IMG/VR virus record: IMGVR_UViG_2758568729_000001
Span: 1 to 64,000 of that record
From: a virus
Taxonomy: Duplodnaviria; Caudoviricetes
DNA: 64,000 nucleotides
Reading direction: 5' to 3' (one strand)
The notes beneath the pieces are model-generated. The model made no database searches, was not told where the DNA came from, and saw only the letters and a program-made list of their open reading frames with translations. Positions 16,979 through 24,647 of this stretch are shown piece after piece. Numbering within the stretch: position 1 is the stretch's first letter; the number at the start of each line of letters is the position of its first letter. Made by a program: the position numbers and the translations under genes.

Positions 16979-17027
16979 TGGAGCTGACAGGGGCCGGGTG
17001 CCTCGCCCGGGAGGTTCCCCCGTCAAC
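16979..17027 (-). ncRNA. CCA-ended mini tRNA-like RNA (candidate)
   Basis: 11-bp closing stem, 5-bp/7-nt hairpin, T-CCA end; packed between two tRNAs with 1-nt gaps. Confidence 0.45.
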
Positions 17028-17028
17028 G

Positions 17029-17101
17029 TGCCTACCCTCCGACTCGAACGGAGACCCTTCCGGATTTCACCCGGACGCTCGACCAATCGAGCTAGGTAGG
17101 C
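17029..17101 (-). tRNA. tRNA-Phe(GAA)
   Basis: TCCGG-GTGAAAT-CCGGA. Confidence 0.88.
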
Positions 17102-17190
17102 GTGAAGATCGGGTGTCGCTCTGCCCGCACTCGCGGGGCGGGGACCAACCGCCCGCCGGGTGGTCAGCCCGACGTATTAACGACACCCAG

Positions 17191-17263
17191 TGGACCTGCC
17201 CGGATTCGAACCGGGGACCTCTTCCCTGCCGAGGAAGCGCGCTACCAACTGCGCCACAAGCCC
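17191..17263 (-). tRNA. tRNA-Ala(GGC), C33
   Basis: G3:U70; CTTCC-TCGGCAG-GGAAG. Confidence 0.88.
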
Positions 17264-17381
17264 ATTGCGACAACCCCGGCCGGCGGCGGGCGTGTGCTGC
17301 CGCCGGCCGGGTGTCGTTGTATATGCCATCCGCTGTGGAGTTGAGATCGAACATTCCCGCCGGCCGAAGTCGGGGGATGAG

Positions 17382-17454
17382 CAGGGGTGACAGGACTTGA
17401 ACCTGCTGCCTGCGGTTTTGGAGACCGCCGCTCTACCTGTTGAGCTACACCCCT
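17382..17454 (-). tRNA. tRNA-Trp(CCA), first gene of the array
   Basis: GCGGT-CTCCAAA-ACCGC. Confidence 0.93.
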
Positions 17455-17475
17455 ATGAAGTTGTTGCTGTGCAAC

Positions 17476-17511
17476 AAAAAAGCCGCCCGGTCCCTTTCGG
17501 GTGGGCGGCTT
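17476..17511 (-). terminator. Attenuator terminator upstream of the tRNA array
   Basis: AAGCCGCCC-ACCCGAAAGGGACC-GGGCGGCTT plus T-tract, ending about 20 nt before tRNA-Trp. Confidence 0.85.
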
Positions 17512-17527
17512 CGCGGTTCGCATCGCG

Positions 17528-17650
17528 CTAGCCGCGCCACCTGCCCAGCTTGTAGTTATCGGCGGAGCTTTCGGTCCCAACGATGGGCGTGCACCACTCA
17601 CCGAGCGACAACATGTGTCGCTGCGGTGCGAAGGCGGCTTGCCGCATCAT
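17528..17650 (-). CDS. Putative 40-aa attenuator leader peptide (all 20 amino acids)
   Basis: MMRQAAFAPQRHMLSLGEWCTPIVGTESSADNYKLGRWRG; GGGAG RBS 7 nt upstream; stop 16 nt before terminator. Confidence 0.7.
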   Translation of the reverse strand: MMRQAAFAPQRHMLSLGEWCTPIVGTESSADNYKLGRWRG

Positions 17651-17742
17651 GTCCGTGCTCCCTGCGTCGGTGTTGCTGTGAAAGGTAGTTCCTGGGCTGT
17701 CGCGTCGGCAACGTGTTTCCGGTGCTGCGGCCCGTGACGTCA

Positions 17743-17787
17743 ACGGTACGGGTCGACCGCCGTCAACGCAATGACATCTACCAAGTT
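17743..17787 (-). promoter_or_regulatory. tRNA-array promoter with single upstream box
   Basis: AACTTGGTAGATG then TTGCGT-N17-TACCGT. Confidence 0.7.
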
Positions 17788-17805
17788 TCTTGGTGTGTTG
17801 GCAGA

Positions 17806-18174
17806 TCAAACCGCGAGCAGTGTCACGTCCATGCCCCGGTACAGGCCAGGCTCGCAGGTCACCACGGCCGCGCGCATGGCCCGTGCCTCGTGGACGGCGT
17901 GCCGAACGGACAGCTCCCCGGCCCAGCCGCCGATCTCAATCGCGGCGTGCTGGGCGAGGGGGAGTGGTAGGACGCCGGGGGACAGGAGTAGGGCGTGCCA
18001 CGCGTCCATGCTTGCCCCGAGTTTGGCTTGGGCGTCGGCGATGGCGGTGGTGGGAAGCAGGAGGTTGACGGTGCCGGCGTCGGCTTGGTCGAGCAGGGCC
18101 ATCAGGCGGGGGTGGGCGCCGAAGAAGGCCACCATCGCGGACGCGTCCAAGACGCGAGGTGGGCGGTGCCTCAC
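17806..18174 (-). CDS. PIN-domain (VapC-like) protein
   Basis: N-terminal VLDASA; size and C-terminal AVVT.E fit a PIN fold. Confidence 0.75.
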   Translation of the reverse strand: MRHRPPRVLDASAMVAFFGAHPRLMALLDQADAGTVNLLLPTTAIADAQAKLGASMDAWHALLLSPGVLPLPLAQHAAIEIGGWAGELSVRHAVHEARAMRAAVVTCEPGLYRGMDVTLLAV

Positions 18175-18338
18175 GCGGCGCGGCGCTCGCCGTACCGGGC
18201 GGCCAAGTCCAGATCGGCGGCGTCCTGCTCGCGCTCCCAGGCGGCGGCCTCAACCTCGCTGAGCGGGCCAGGGTGCGGAACACCGAGCACGGCGCAGAAC
18301 CGCTCGGAGGCGGTCATGGGTCGCTGGTCGTCGGCCAT
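18171..18338 (-). CDS. Putative antitoxin partner of the PIN protein
   Basis: 55-aa ORF with GTGA overlap to the PIN gene. Confidence 0.55.
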   Translation of the reverse strand: MADDQRPMTASERFCAVLGVPHPGPLSEVEAAAWEREQDAADLDLAARYGERRAA

Positions 18339-18396
18339 GTCCGGATGCTACCCAACACGGGCATGATCATGTTTGTGTCGGCGTGGCGTGTCCGGG

Positions 18397-18714
18397 TCAC
18401 GCCGCTTCTCGGTCAGCCGCCTCCCGCGCGTGCCGGCTCATCGCTTTTGTAGCCTGGTACAGCAGCGCCACCGCCTTGTCCTGCGCGTACGCGGCTTGCA
18501 GCAGCGCCCTTCGTTCCTCGACGTTGGCAATCCGGTCACTCGCTGCGATCTCCCGGATCGCGCGGTGGAGTGTGACGGCCGTGGTTAGTAGCGCTTCGGT
18601 GAGGTGTTGGGGGTCGCCGGGGTCTGTGCCTGCCGTGAGGGACTGGCTGAGGTTGAGTCCGGCGCGTTGGAATTTGTGGGCGAGGTCCGGGACTGGCGGC
18701 GAGACATGATCCAC
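18397..18714 (-). CDS. Hypothetical protein
   Basis: Helical ORF; start uncertain. Confidence 0.4.
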   Translation of the reverse strand: MDHVSPPVPDLAHKFQRAGLNLSQSLTAGTDPGDPQHLTEALLTTAVTLHRAIREIAASDRIANVEERRALLQAAYAQDKAVALLYQATKAMSRHAREAADREAA

Positions 18715-18826
18715 ATGATGGATCTTGCCAGGCCGGATCAACCGAAAAACGCCAGCCGGCCCCGAACCGCCACGGCGACCTCCCTGGCCAACTCCCGGCC
18801 CGCACGGCACTCCTCGACGAATGTGC

Positions 18827-19093
18827 TCACTGGCGTTCCTCACTACCCGCTGCGGGCTGCCGGTCCAGCCACCACTGCGGCACCCTGAGCAGGCTCGGAG
18901 TCCACCACAGGCACCGGCCCGTAAGGCGGTAACCCGCGCTCGCGGACGTGTACCGCATTTCCACCCTCACCGCCCGCCGGGTCACCGACACTTCCCGCAC
19001 CACACCCTCCCGGAGCTTCGGGTAGGCGCGACCATCGAACTCGTAGCAGAGCACAGGACCGTCGATGTGCGCTGCGGCTTCCGCCAGATTCAC
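18827..19093 (-). CDS. Hypothetical protein
   Basis: GTGA overlap chain. Confidence 0.5.
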   Translation of the reverse strand: MNLAEAAAHIDGPVLCYEFDGRAYPKLREGVVREVSVTRRAVRVEMRYTSASAGYRLTGRCLWWTPSLLRVPQWWLDRQPAAGSEERQ

Positions 19094-19287
19094 CGCCGCC
19101 TCCGCCCGTACTCGGTGCGCATCCGGCGGGCCCGGTCGAACGCCCCACACCGGCAGTGCCGGCGGCAGTACCACCGGTCGACGGGGCCGTCTGGTACCCA
19201 CCACCGGTCCGGGCCGACGTTCCGCTTCGGCTGGGTGCTCGTGTACCGGCCGCGTTCACGGCGTTCCGCTTTTGGTGTGCGGCTCAC
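19090..19287 (-). CDS. Small basic hypothetical protein
   Basis: GTGA overlap chain. Confidence 0.45.
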   Translation of the reverse strand: MSRTPKAERRERGRYTSTQPKRNVGPDRWWVPDGPVDRWYCRRHCRCGAFDRARRMRTEYGRRRR

Positions 19288-19616
19288 CGCCGTCGCCGCC
19301 CGTACGCTCGGTGCATCCGGGACACCCTGGCCTGACGCCGGTACCAGTGCGCGCACCCGTCGCACCCACCCATCACATACCGGACTTGGTACCTCGGAGG
19401 GTTCTCGCCGGGCCGGTCGATCAACTCGGCGCGCGTCGCGTCCGGGCCGTGCGTCTCCAGTTCGGGCGACCCGTACGGCAGGGTGACCCGCTGCCAGCCG
19501 TCGACATCGTCGTGCCACACCTTGCAATCGCTGCACCACAGTGGCAGGCCCCCCTCGTTGCCGGCCGACGGCGCGCAGTCACCGTGCTTCCACCACCCGG
19601 CCAGCCTCGTGATCAC
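19284..19616 (-). CDS. Hypothetical protein (two CxxC)
   Basis: GTGA overlap chain. Confidence 0.55.
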   Translation of the reverse strand: MITRLAGWWKHGDCAPSAGNEGGLPLWCSDCKVWHDDVDGWQRVTLPYGSPELETHGPDATRAELIDRPGENPPRYQVRYVMGGCDGCAHWYRRQARVSRMHRAYGRRRR

Positions 19617-20011
19617 CGGTGCTCCTCGGCGAACGCGGGCAACACCACGTCCTCGTACACGGCGGCCACCGCCATGGCCATTTCGTCGCGCTCGTCCTCC
19701 GGTGGCAGGGCCTCGTACGCGGCCAGGATCCGCTGGTGCGCGGTGGTGGGCTGGTGGCCGTCGAGCGTGGCGAGAACACCGGCCGCCGCTGCCCCGGCCC
19801 GGTCGAGATTACGCAGGATCTTTCGGACTATGCGCATGTCGTCCTCGTACTCGGGCGCGTCCGGGTCGACTGGCACCTTGAGTATGCCGGGTATGGGGTT
19901 CGCGTCGAGCCAGGTCAGGCGCACGTACTGACCGGACCGCTGGCCGGCGACAACCCAGCCGGCGGCGCGGAGTTGGGCTACGAGCTGCTGTGGGTCGAGT
20001 GCGGTGCTCAC
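19613..20011 (-). CDS. Hypothetical protein (N-terminus weakly HicA-like)
   Basis: LRAAGWVV...YVRLTW...KVP; GGAGG RBS. Confidence 0.55.
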   Translation of the reverse strand: MSTALDPQQLVAQLRAAGWVVAGQRSGQYVRLTWLDANPIPGILKVPVDPDAPEYEDDMRIVRKILRNLDRAGAAAAGVLATLDGHQPTTAHQRILAAYEALPPEDERDEMAMAVAAVYEDVVLPAFAEEHR

Positions 20012-20244
20012 TTGTCCTCCGTGTTGGGCTCGTCGGGGAAGTAGCGGACCTCGTTTATGACGAACAGGTCGACGTACCCCACGTAGTCCGGCCCGTCGGG
20101 GTGGTCGACGTTGTCGACGATGGAGAAGACACCGACCTCGTTCCGGACCACCCGCGCATCGGGCACCCGGCCGGCGATGTCGCGCAGGGTGGGCAGGTGC
20201 GTTTCGATGTGCTCGACCAGTTCGGTCAGGCTGATGGACGGCAT
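20008..20244 (-). CDS. Hypothetical protein
   Basis: AAGGA RBS; MPSISLTEL. Confidence 0.55.
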   Translation of the reverse strand: MPSISLTELVEHIETHLPTLRDIAGRVPDARVVRNEVGVFSIVDNVDHPDGPDYVGYVDLFVINEVRYFPDEPNTEDK

Positions 20245-20246
20245 GG

Positions 20247-20507
20247 TCAGTCCTTTCGTGCTGGCGCGGCTTGCACATACCGCGTTCGGGTGTCGCCAGC
20301 GAGTTCGAGGTGTTGGTTGAGCCAGTACACGTCCGCCTGGGTTGCCCCGGGGATTGCGCGCAGTTCGGTTGACGGCTGCTTTGGCGGCGGTACCGACGGG
20401 GCCGGGAAAAGCTCGTCGGCGATGCCGATCGCGGCGAAGATGATTGCGCCGAACGACACGAGGCAGACCACGATCATCACGGTGAACGCCCAGAGTGGCA
20501 CGGTCAT
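20247..20507 (-). CDS. Small membrane protein
   Basis: N-terminal TM helix; GGAGG RBS. Confidence 0.6.
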   Translation of the reverse strand: MTVPLWAFTVMIVVCLVSFGAIIFAAIGIADELFPAPSVPPPKQPSTELRAIPGATQADVYWLNQHLELAGDTRTRYVQAAPARKD

Positions 20508-20791
20508 GTCCTCCGGTCAGGCGAGTTCGGGCAGGTGCCGCCGGGGCAGTCCTCCGGAAGGTGCCCGGTGAAGGGAACACCGGCCAGGGCGGCCGAGGCG
20601 TCGAAGTGGCCGCCAGCGACGATCGCGAACGCCGCGTCGGACATCCAGAAGTGCCCACCGGCGTGGCCTTCGTCGGCGGTCCACCCCTTCGGGATGGGTT
20701 TGCGGCACGGCAGCCCGTCGGGGGATGCAACCGGGCAGGGAAGCGGGTTCTCGTTGGTGCTCGTCGGGGCCGGGTTCGTCACGCTGTCCAC
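20504..20791 (-). CDS. Hypothetical protein (Cys/His)
   Basis: ATGA overlap. Confidence 0.55.
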   Translation of the reverse strand: MDSVTNPAPTSTNENPLPCPVASPDGLPCRKPIPKGWTADEGHAGGHFWMSDAAFAIVAGGHFDASAALAGVPFTGHLPEDCPGGTCPNSPDRRT

Positions 20792-20871
20792 GTCCCGGAT
20801 GTCGTCATGCCGACATCACCCCGCCCGTGTGGACCATGCCACCGGTGGCCGCCTGGTTGCACACTGCTCCG

Positions 20872-21414
20872 ATGCGCATTCGTTCCCACATCCTTGCCGT
20901 GCCCGCCCTGGCCGTGGCCCTTGCCCTCACCGGTTGCGGGGGAGACGACACCACCCAGCCGAGCACCCCTCAGGTCACCGCCGTTGGACCGGCGGCCCCC
21001 GCCCCGACCACCGCGCCGGCGGCTGCCACGGTTGACGCGAAGACGGTGCTCGACAAGCTCACTGCGGCGAAGGTTGGGCTCACGGCCGGCACCGTTCAGG
21101 ACGAGAACACCGACCCGAACGACCTCCTCGGCCGGCCCAACGGCTACCAGTCCCGGGCCGCGGCTGACCTGCCCGGTGGTGACCCGGAGGGTGACAAGTT
21201 CGGGATCGACCGCGGGTTGGTGATCGAGCAGTTCGCGGACACGGCGGGGGCGGACACCCGGTCGAAGTTCATTCAGGACACCCTCCAGAGCCTGCCGATC
21301 ATGGGCACCGAGTACCACTACCGGGCCGGTGGCGGCACCGTACTGGTGCGGGTCACCGGCAAGGTCAAGCCGTCCGACGCCAAGAAGATCGAAACAGCGG
21401 TCGCCGGGCTGTGA
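20872..21414 (+). CDS. Lipoprotein
   Basis: Lipobox LALTG-C; Pro/Ala/Thr linker; DPNDLLGRPNGY domain. Confidence 0.8.
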   Translation: MRIRSHILAVPALAVALALTGCGGDDTTQPSTPQVTAVGPAAPAPTTAPAAATVDAKTVLDKLTAAKVGLTAGTVQDENTDPNDLLGRPNGYQSRAAADLPGGDPEGDKFGIDRGLVIEQFADTAGADTRSKFIQDTLQSLPIMGTEYHYRAGGGTVLVRVTGKVKPSDAKKIETAVAGL

Positions 21415-21431
21415 CCGGTGCGGGGCGGTGG

Positions 21432-22352
21432 TCACAGGGTCGCCGCCCCGCCCGCCGCCGGCCGCCGCTCGGGCCGCCGATACCCGGTCGCTCCCGGGTG
21501 ACCCTGCCGGGAGCATCCGCGAGGGCAGCCGGGCATATCCTCCGGCCGGGCCAGGTAGGCGTCTCCGACGTAGCAGGCCGCATGAGCGCCGTGGTCGTGG
21601 GTCAGGTGCCCCCGGCAATCGGGTTCGCTCTCGTGGTCGCCGGCAAGGCCAGGGCCGGATCGGCATTCGCTGCTCCCGTCGCCGTGCACGACCAGGATGC
21701 CCCCGCATTTCGGGTACGTCAGGATCCGCTCCCGGCGGGGGTCGACGGCGATCCACCGCAGCTCGTACCGCTTCGCGTCACCCGAGCACGTTTCCCGGGT
21801 GTGGAACCGGGCCTCGGGACCGCCGGGCAAATCGAGGTTGTCGCCGGGGTAGTCGACGGCCCGTTGCCGGGAGCTGATCGGCTCCCCGCACGACCAGCAG
21901 CAGCCGGGTAGGCGGGTGGCGAACACCTCCACCTCGGCGAGCCGGGCGGTGACCTCCCGGTCCTCCAATTCGGCCCGGCACGGCATCGGTTCCCCGCAGC
22001 ACGAACAGGATGGCCACCGGCCGCTTGATGGGTATACCTCCCAACCGATCCGCTGCCATTTCTGGGCGGGAACGTCCATGTGGGCGGCCGGGACCGGCGC
22101 GGGCTGGGCGGGAGCCCAATCGGGTCGCGCACCGGCAATGTGCTGGACGTCAACCCGGTACGGGCGGCCCTTCCACGCGGGAAGGTCTGGCATTCCGGCG
22201 TCCAACCAGATCTCCCGGTCGGCAGCAGACAGGGGCAGGTCGGTGACCTTCTCAACCTGCCACACGGCGTGGTCATGGGCGATGAGTCGACCAGGTTCGG
22301 GCGGGCTCCACCGGGACTGGGTGCGAATCGGGTACCAACGAGGGACGGTCAC
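21432..22352 (-). CDS. Hypothetical Cys/His-rich protein
   Basis: CSCCGEP.PC and CCWSCGEPI motifs. Confidence 0.65.
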   Translation of the reverse strand: MTVPRWYPIRTQSRWSPPEPGRLIAHDHAVWQVEKVTDLPLSAADREIWLDAGMPDLPAWKGRPYRVDVQHIAGARPDWAPAQPAPVPAAHMDVPAQKWQRIGWEVYPSSGRWPSCSCCGEPMPCRAELEDREVTARLAEVEVFATRLPGCCWSCGEPISSRQRAVDYPGDNLDLPGGPEARFHTRETCSGDAKRYELRWIAVDPRRERILTYPKCGGILVVHGDGSSECRSGPGLAGDHESEPDCRGHLTHDHGAHAACYVGDAYLARPEDMPGCPRGCSRQGHPGATGYRRPERRPAAGGAATL

Positions 22353-23029
22353 GGAAGCGCCCCGCTCGGGACCTGCTTACCGGTCTGCTTGCAGTCCCGG
22401 CACGGCCACGACAGATCGACACCAACGAGCGGGTCGAAGTCGTCCACCACGCCCGTGCCGTTGCAGGTTTCGCACGGCTTGTCGGCGCAGTCCGGGTGCC
22501 ACACGTCCAGGGCGTCTTCGATTGGGTTCTGCCACACGTACACCGCGTCGCCGCAGCCCTCACACCACCCGGTCTGGCAGTCCTCGCACACCAGAGCGCG
22601 GCCGTCGACATCGGTCTCCCAGCCGTCGATTTCGTAGTCGCCGAGCTTGGTCAGGGCCTCCGCCGGCCAGGTGGTGGGTTCGCGGTAGTCAGGGTCCCGG
22701 TGGACCTGGTGGCAGTGGGAGCAGTGCAGGTGGTAACGGGTGGCGGGCCGGGCGTCGAGACCGGCCGGCACCGTGGCGTTCAGCGCGTCAACCGGCAGGA
22801 CCCGGCCGTGGATGAGGGCGCCCAGCACCTCCTCGACGAAGATGCGGGCCAGCCCCGCCCCGGTGGCGGTGATGCACTTCGCCGGGTCGGTGTTGCCTTC
22901 CTGGCAGCCGCAGGCGTCGGCGTGAAACGGTGGCAGGGCCTCGGTTTCGAGTTGTTCCCCGTACGCCTCGATCAGGGCGGTGGTGGGCTCGTCGAACCCG
23001 AACCGGTCCCGAAGCGGCAGGTAGCTCAC
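22349..23029 (-). CDS. Multi-CxxC zinc-finger protein
   Basis: CSHC, CEDC, CEGC, CETCNGTG, CRDCKQTG. Confidence 0.65.
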   Translation of the reverse strand: MSYLPLRDRFGFDEPTTALIEAYGEQLETEALPPFHADACGCQEGNTDPAKCITATGAGLARIFVEEVLGALIHGRVLPVDALNATVPAGLDARPATRYHLHCSHCHQVHRDPDYREPTTWPAEALTKLGDYEIDGWETDVDGRALVCEDCQTGWCEGCGDAVYVWQNPIEDALDVWHPDCADKPCETCNGTGVVDDFDPLVGVDLSWPCRDCKQTGKQVPSGALP

Positions 23030-23409
23030 GGTGTGCCTCCCGGCTGGTTGCGGAGGGCGGCCCTGCGCATCACGAATTCGGTGAGCGGCCCGATCGGGGT
23101 GTGGTCCACCTCGGGCATCGGGGTGATGTCCCGGAACTCGCCGTACTGGGCGACCATCTGGGACAGCCATGCCCGCCAGTCAGCCTCGCTGGTGAGCTGC
23201 GGCATCACGATGGCCCGAAGGTCGGGGTGCTGCTCGTAGATCGCCGGCTGGCACTCGCTGCCGAACCGGGGGAGCTGGTGAGTCATTGGGGTGTCGCCGG
23301 TCATCCAGGCGCACAGGTTGTAGATGCCGTCCATGCCGTTCGGACTGCACATGATGCCGGTGGCGACGCTGAGGATGTCGCCGAGGTGGAAGGGCCTGCT
23401 CTCGGTCAT
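23026..23409 (-). CDS. Conserved phage/plasmid-type hypothetical protein
   Basis: FHLGDILSV.TG...G.Y.L..WMTG....THQLPR. Confidence 0.7.
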   Translation of the reverse strand: MTESRPFHLGDILSVATGIMCSPNGMDGIYNLCAWMTGDTPMTHQLPRFGSECQPAIYEQHPDLRAIVMPQLTSEADWRAWLSQMVAQYGEFRDITPMPEVDHTPIGPLTEFVMRRAALRNQPGGTP

Positions 23410-23864
23410 GGTGTTGCCTCGCCGGCCAGCAGCACCAGCCGCGCCTTGGCGTACTTCTGCCGGAACCACGCCGCCTGCTCCGGGTCAAGCAGGGCCAGGC
23501 GTTCCGGGTCGCTGTTGTGCCTGTTGTCGGCGAGCTTGATCAGCCGACCGAGCGGGTTCGCGGCGGCCCGGCGGATCAGGTCCATGTACGGCTCGTCCGG
23601 GCGTCGGGTCACCGAGTCGACGGCGGCCACGACTTCCTCCGGGTAGCCGGCGACGCGAAGGTCATCGAGGGTGATGTTCGTGTCCTCGACAACGTCGTGA
23701 AGCAGTCCGGCCATGACGGCGTTGTCGCCGTGGACGTACAGCTCCTTGGCGACGGCGCGCGGGTGGTCGATGTACGGGTTACCGGCCTTGTCGACCTGGC
23801 CCCGGTGGGCGGCCTCAGCAAGCCGGTCAGCGTCAGCAACGGTGGGGATGGGTCGATCATTCAT
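23406..23864 (-). CDS. HD-domain hydrolase (RelA/SpoT HD, small alarmone hydrolase-like)
   Basis: H.GQ.DKAG.PYI.HP..V; LLHDVVEDT; IKLADNRHN. Confidence 0.88.
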   Translation of the reverse strand: MNDRPIPTVADADRLAEAAHRGQVDKAGNPYIDHPRAVAKELYVHGDNAVMAGLLHDVVEDTNITLDDLRVAGYPEEVVAAVDSVTRRPDEPYMDLIRRAAANPLGRLIKLADNRHNSDPERLALLDPEQAAWFRQKYAKARLVLLAGEATP

Positions 23865-24270
23865 GGGGTTCACCTTTGATTCTGAGAGCCCGCGCGATCG
23901 TCTCGTTTGCCCACGGCTGCGGCAGGTGCTCTGTCCAGTCGGGGCCGGCGACGACGGCGCGGAGGGCGTCGTACATGCACTGATTGGCTTCGACCCAGTC
24001 GTCCGGGTCGTCACTGTTGGCCCAACCGTCGAGCCTCGCGAGGATCTGGACGCGCAGGGCGGTGGTGCCGGCCGCGGCGCGGCTGCGACCGGTAGGCAGG
24101 GTGTGCGCCCATTCCAGTCGGTCGCCGGTGACGGCCAGGAAGTAGCTGCCGGGGTGCAGTTCTTGCAGTTTGGCGATGCGCGGGCCGAGCCCGTCGAGAG
24201 AAACGGTCTGGTCGTCGCGTGTGTAGTCGAGCCCTCCGCTGACCGGCCGCCAGACGATCATGTACGTCAC
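23857..24270 (-). CDS. Hypothetical protein
   Basis: Overlap chain. Confidence 0.55.
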   Translation of the reverse strand: MTYMIVWRPVSGGLDYTRDDQTVSLDGLGPRIAKLQELHPGSYFLAVTGDRLEWAHTLPTGRSRAAAGTTALRVQILARLDGWANSDDPDDWVEANQCMYDALRAVVAGPDWTEHLPQPWANETIARALRIKGEPHE

Positions 24271-24647
24271 GGTGTCGCCTCCGGCTCCCAGGCCGTCACG
24301 AACACGGCGCCGTCCGGCCACCGGTACACATCACGGCGAACGAGCTGCGCGGTCACCGGGTAGGTGCAGGCGGCCAAGAACCGAACGCGGTCGTTCTCTG
24401 CTTCGTTGCGACCGTTGTACGGCAGCGACACGCCCTCACCGTCAGCGGCGGACGACTTCCGTACTGACCACTGCTCGGTGTGCTTGGCGTCGGCGAGCAG
24501 TGGAACACCAGCACTCCCCACCGGGGCGGTAAGCGCCAGGATGGCGTGGACCTGGGCGAGCGCGATGTTCCCGCTTGTCGGACCCTCGTAGAGGGCGTTG
24601 ACCGCGATAAGCCGATCGGCCTCGCGGTGGTGCTCCGTCCCGTTCAC
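24267..24647 (-). CDS. Hypothetical protein
   Basis: EH.READRL...AQVHAILAL motif; overlap chain. Confidence 0.6.
   Translation of the reverse strand: MNGTEHHREADRLIAVNALYEGPTSGNIALAQVHAILALTAPVGSAGVPLLADAKHTEQWSVRKSSAADGEGVSLPYNGRNEAENDRVRFLAACTYPVTAQLVRRDVYRWPDGAVFVTAWEPEATP

Noticed and set aside
17528-17809. 93-aa version of the leader ORF
   Set aside because: That start lies upstream of the predicted promoter; the ATG at 17650 has an RBS.
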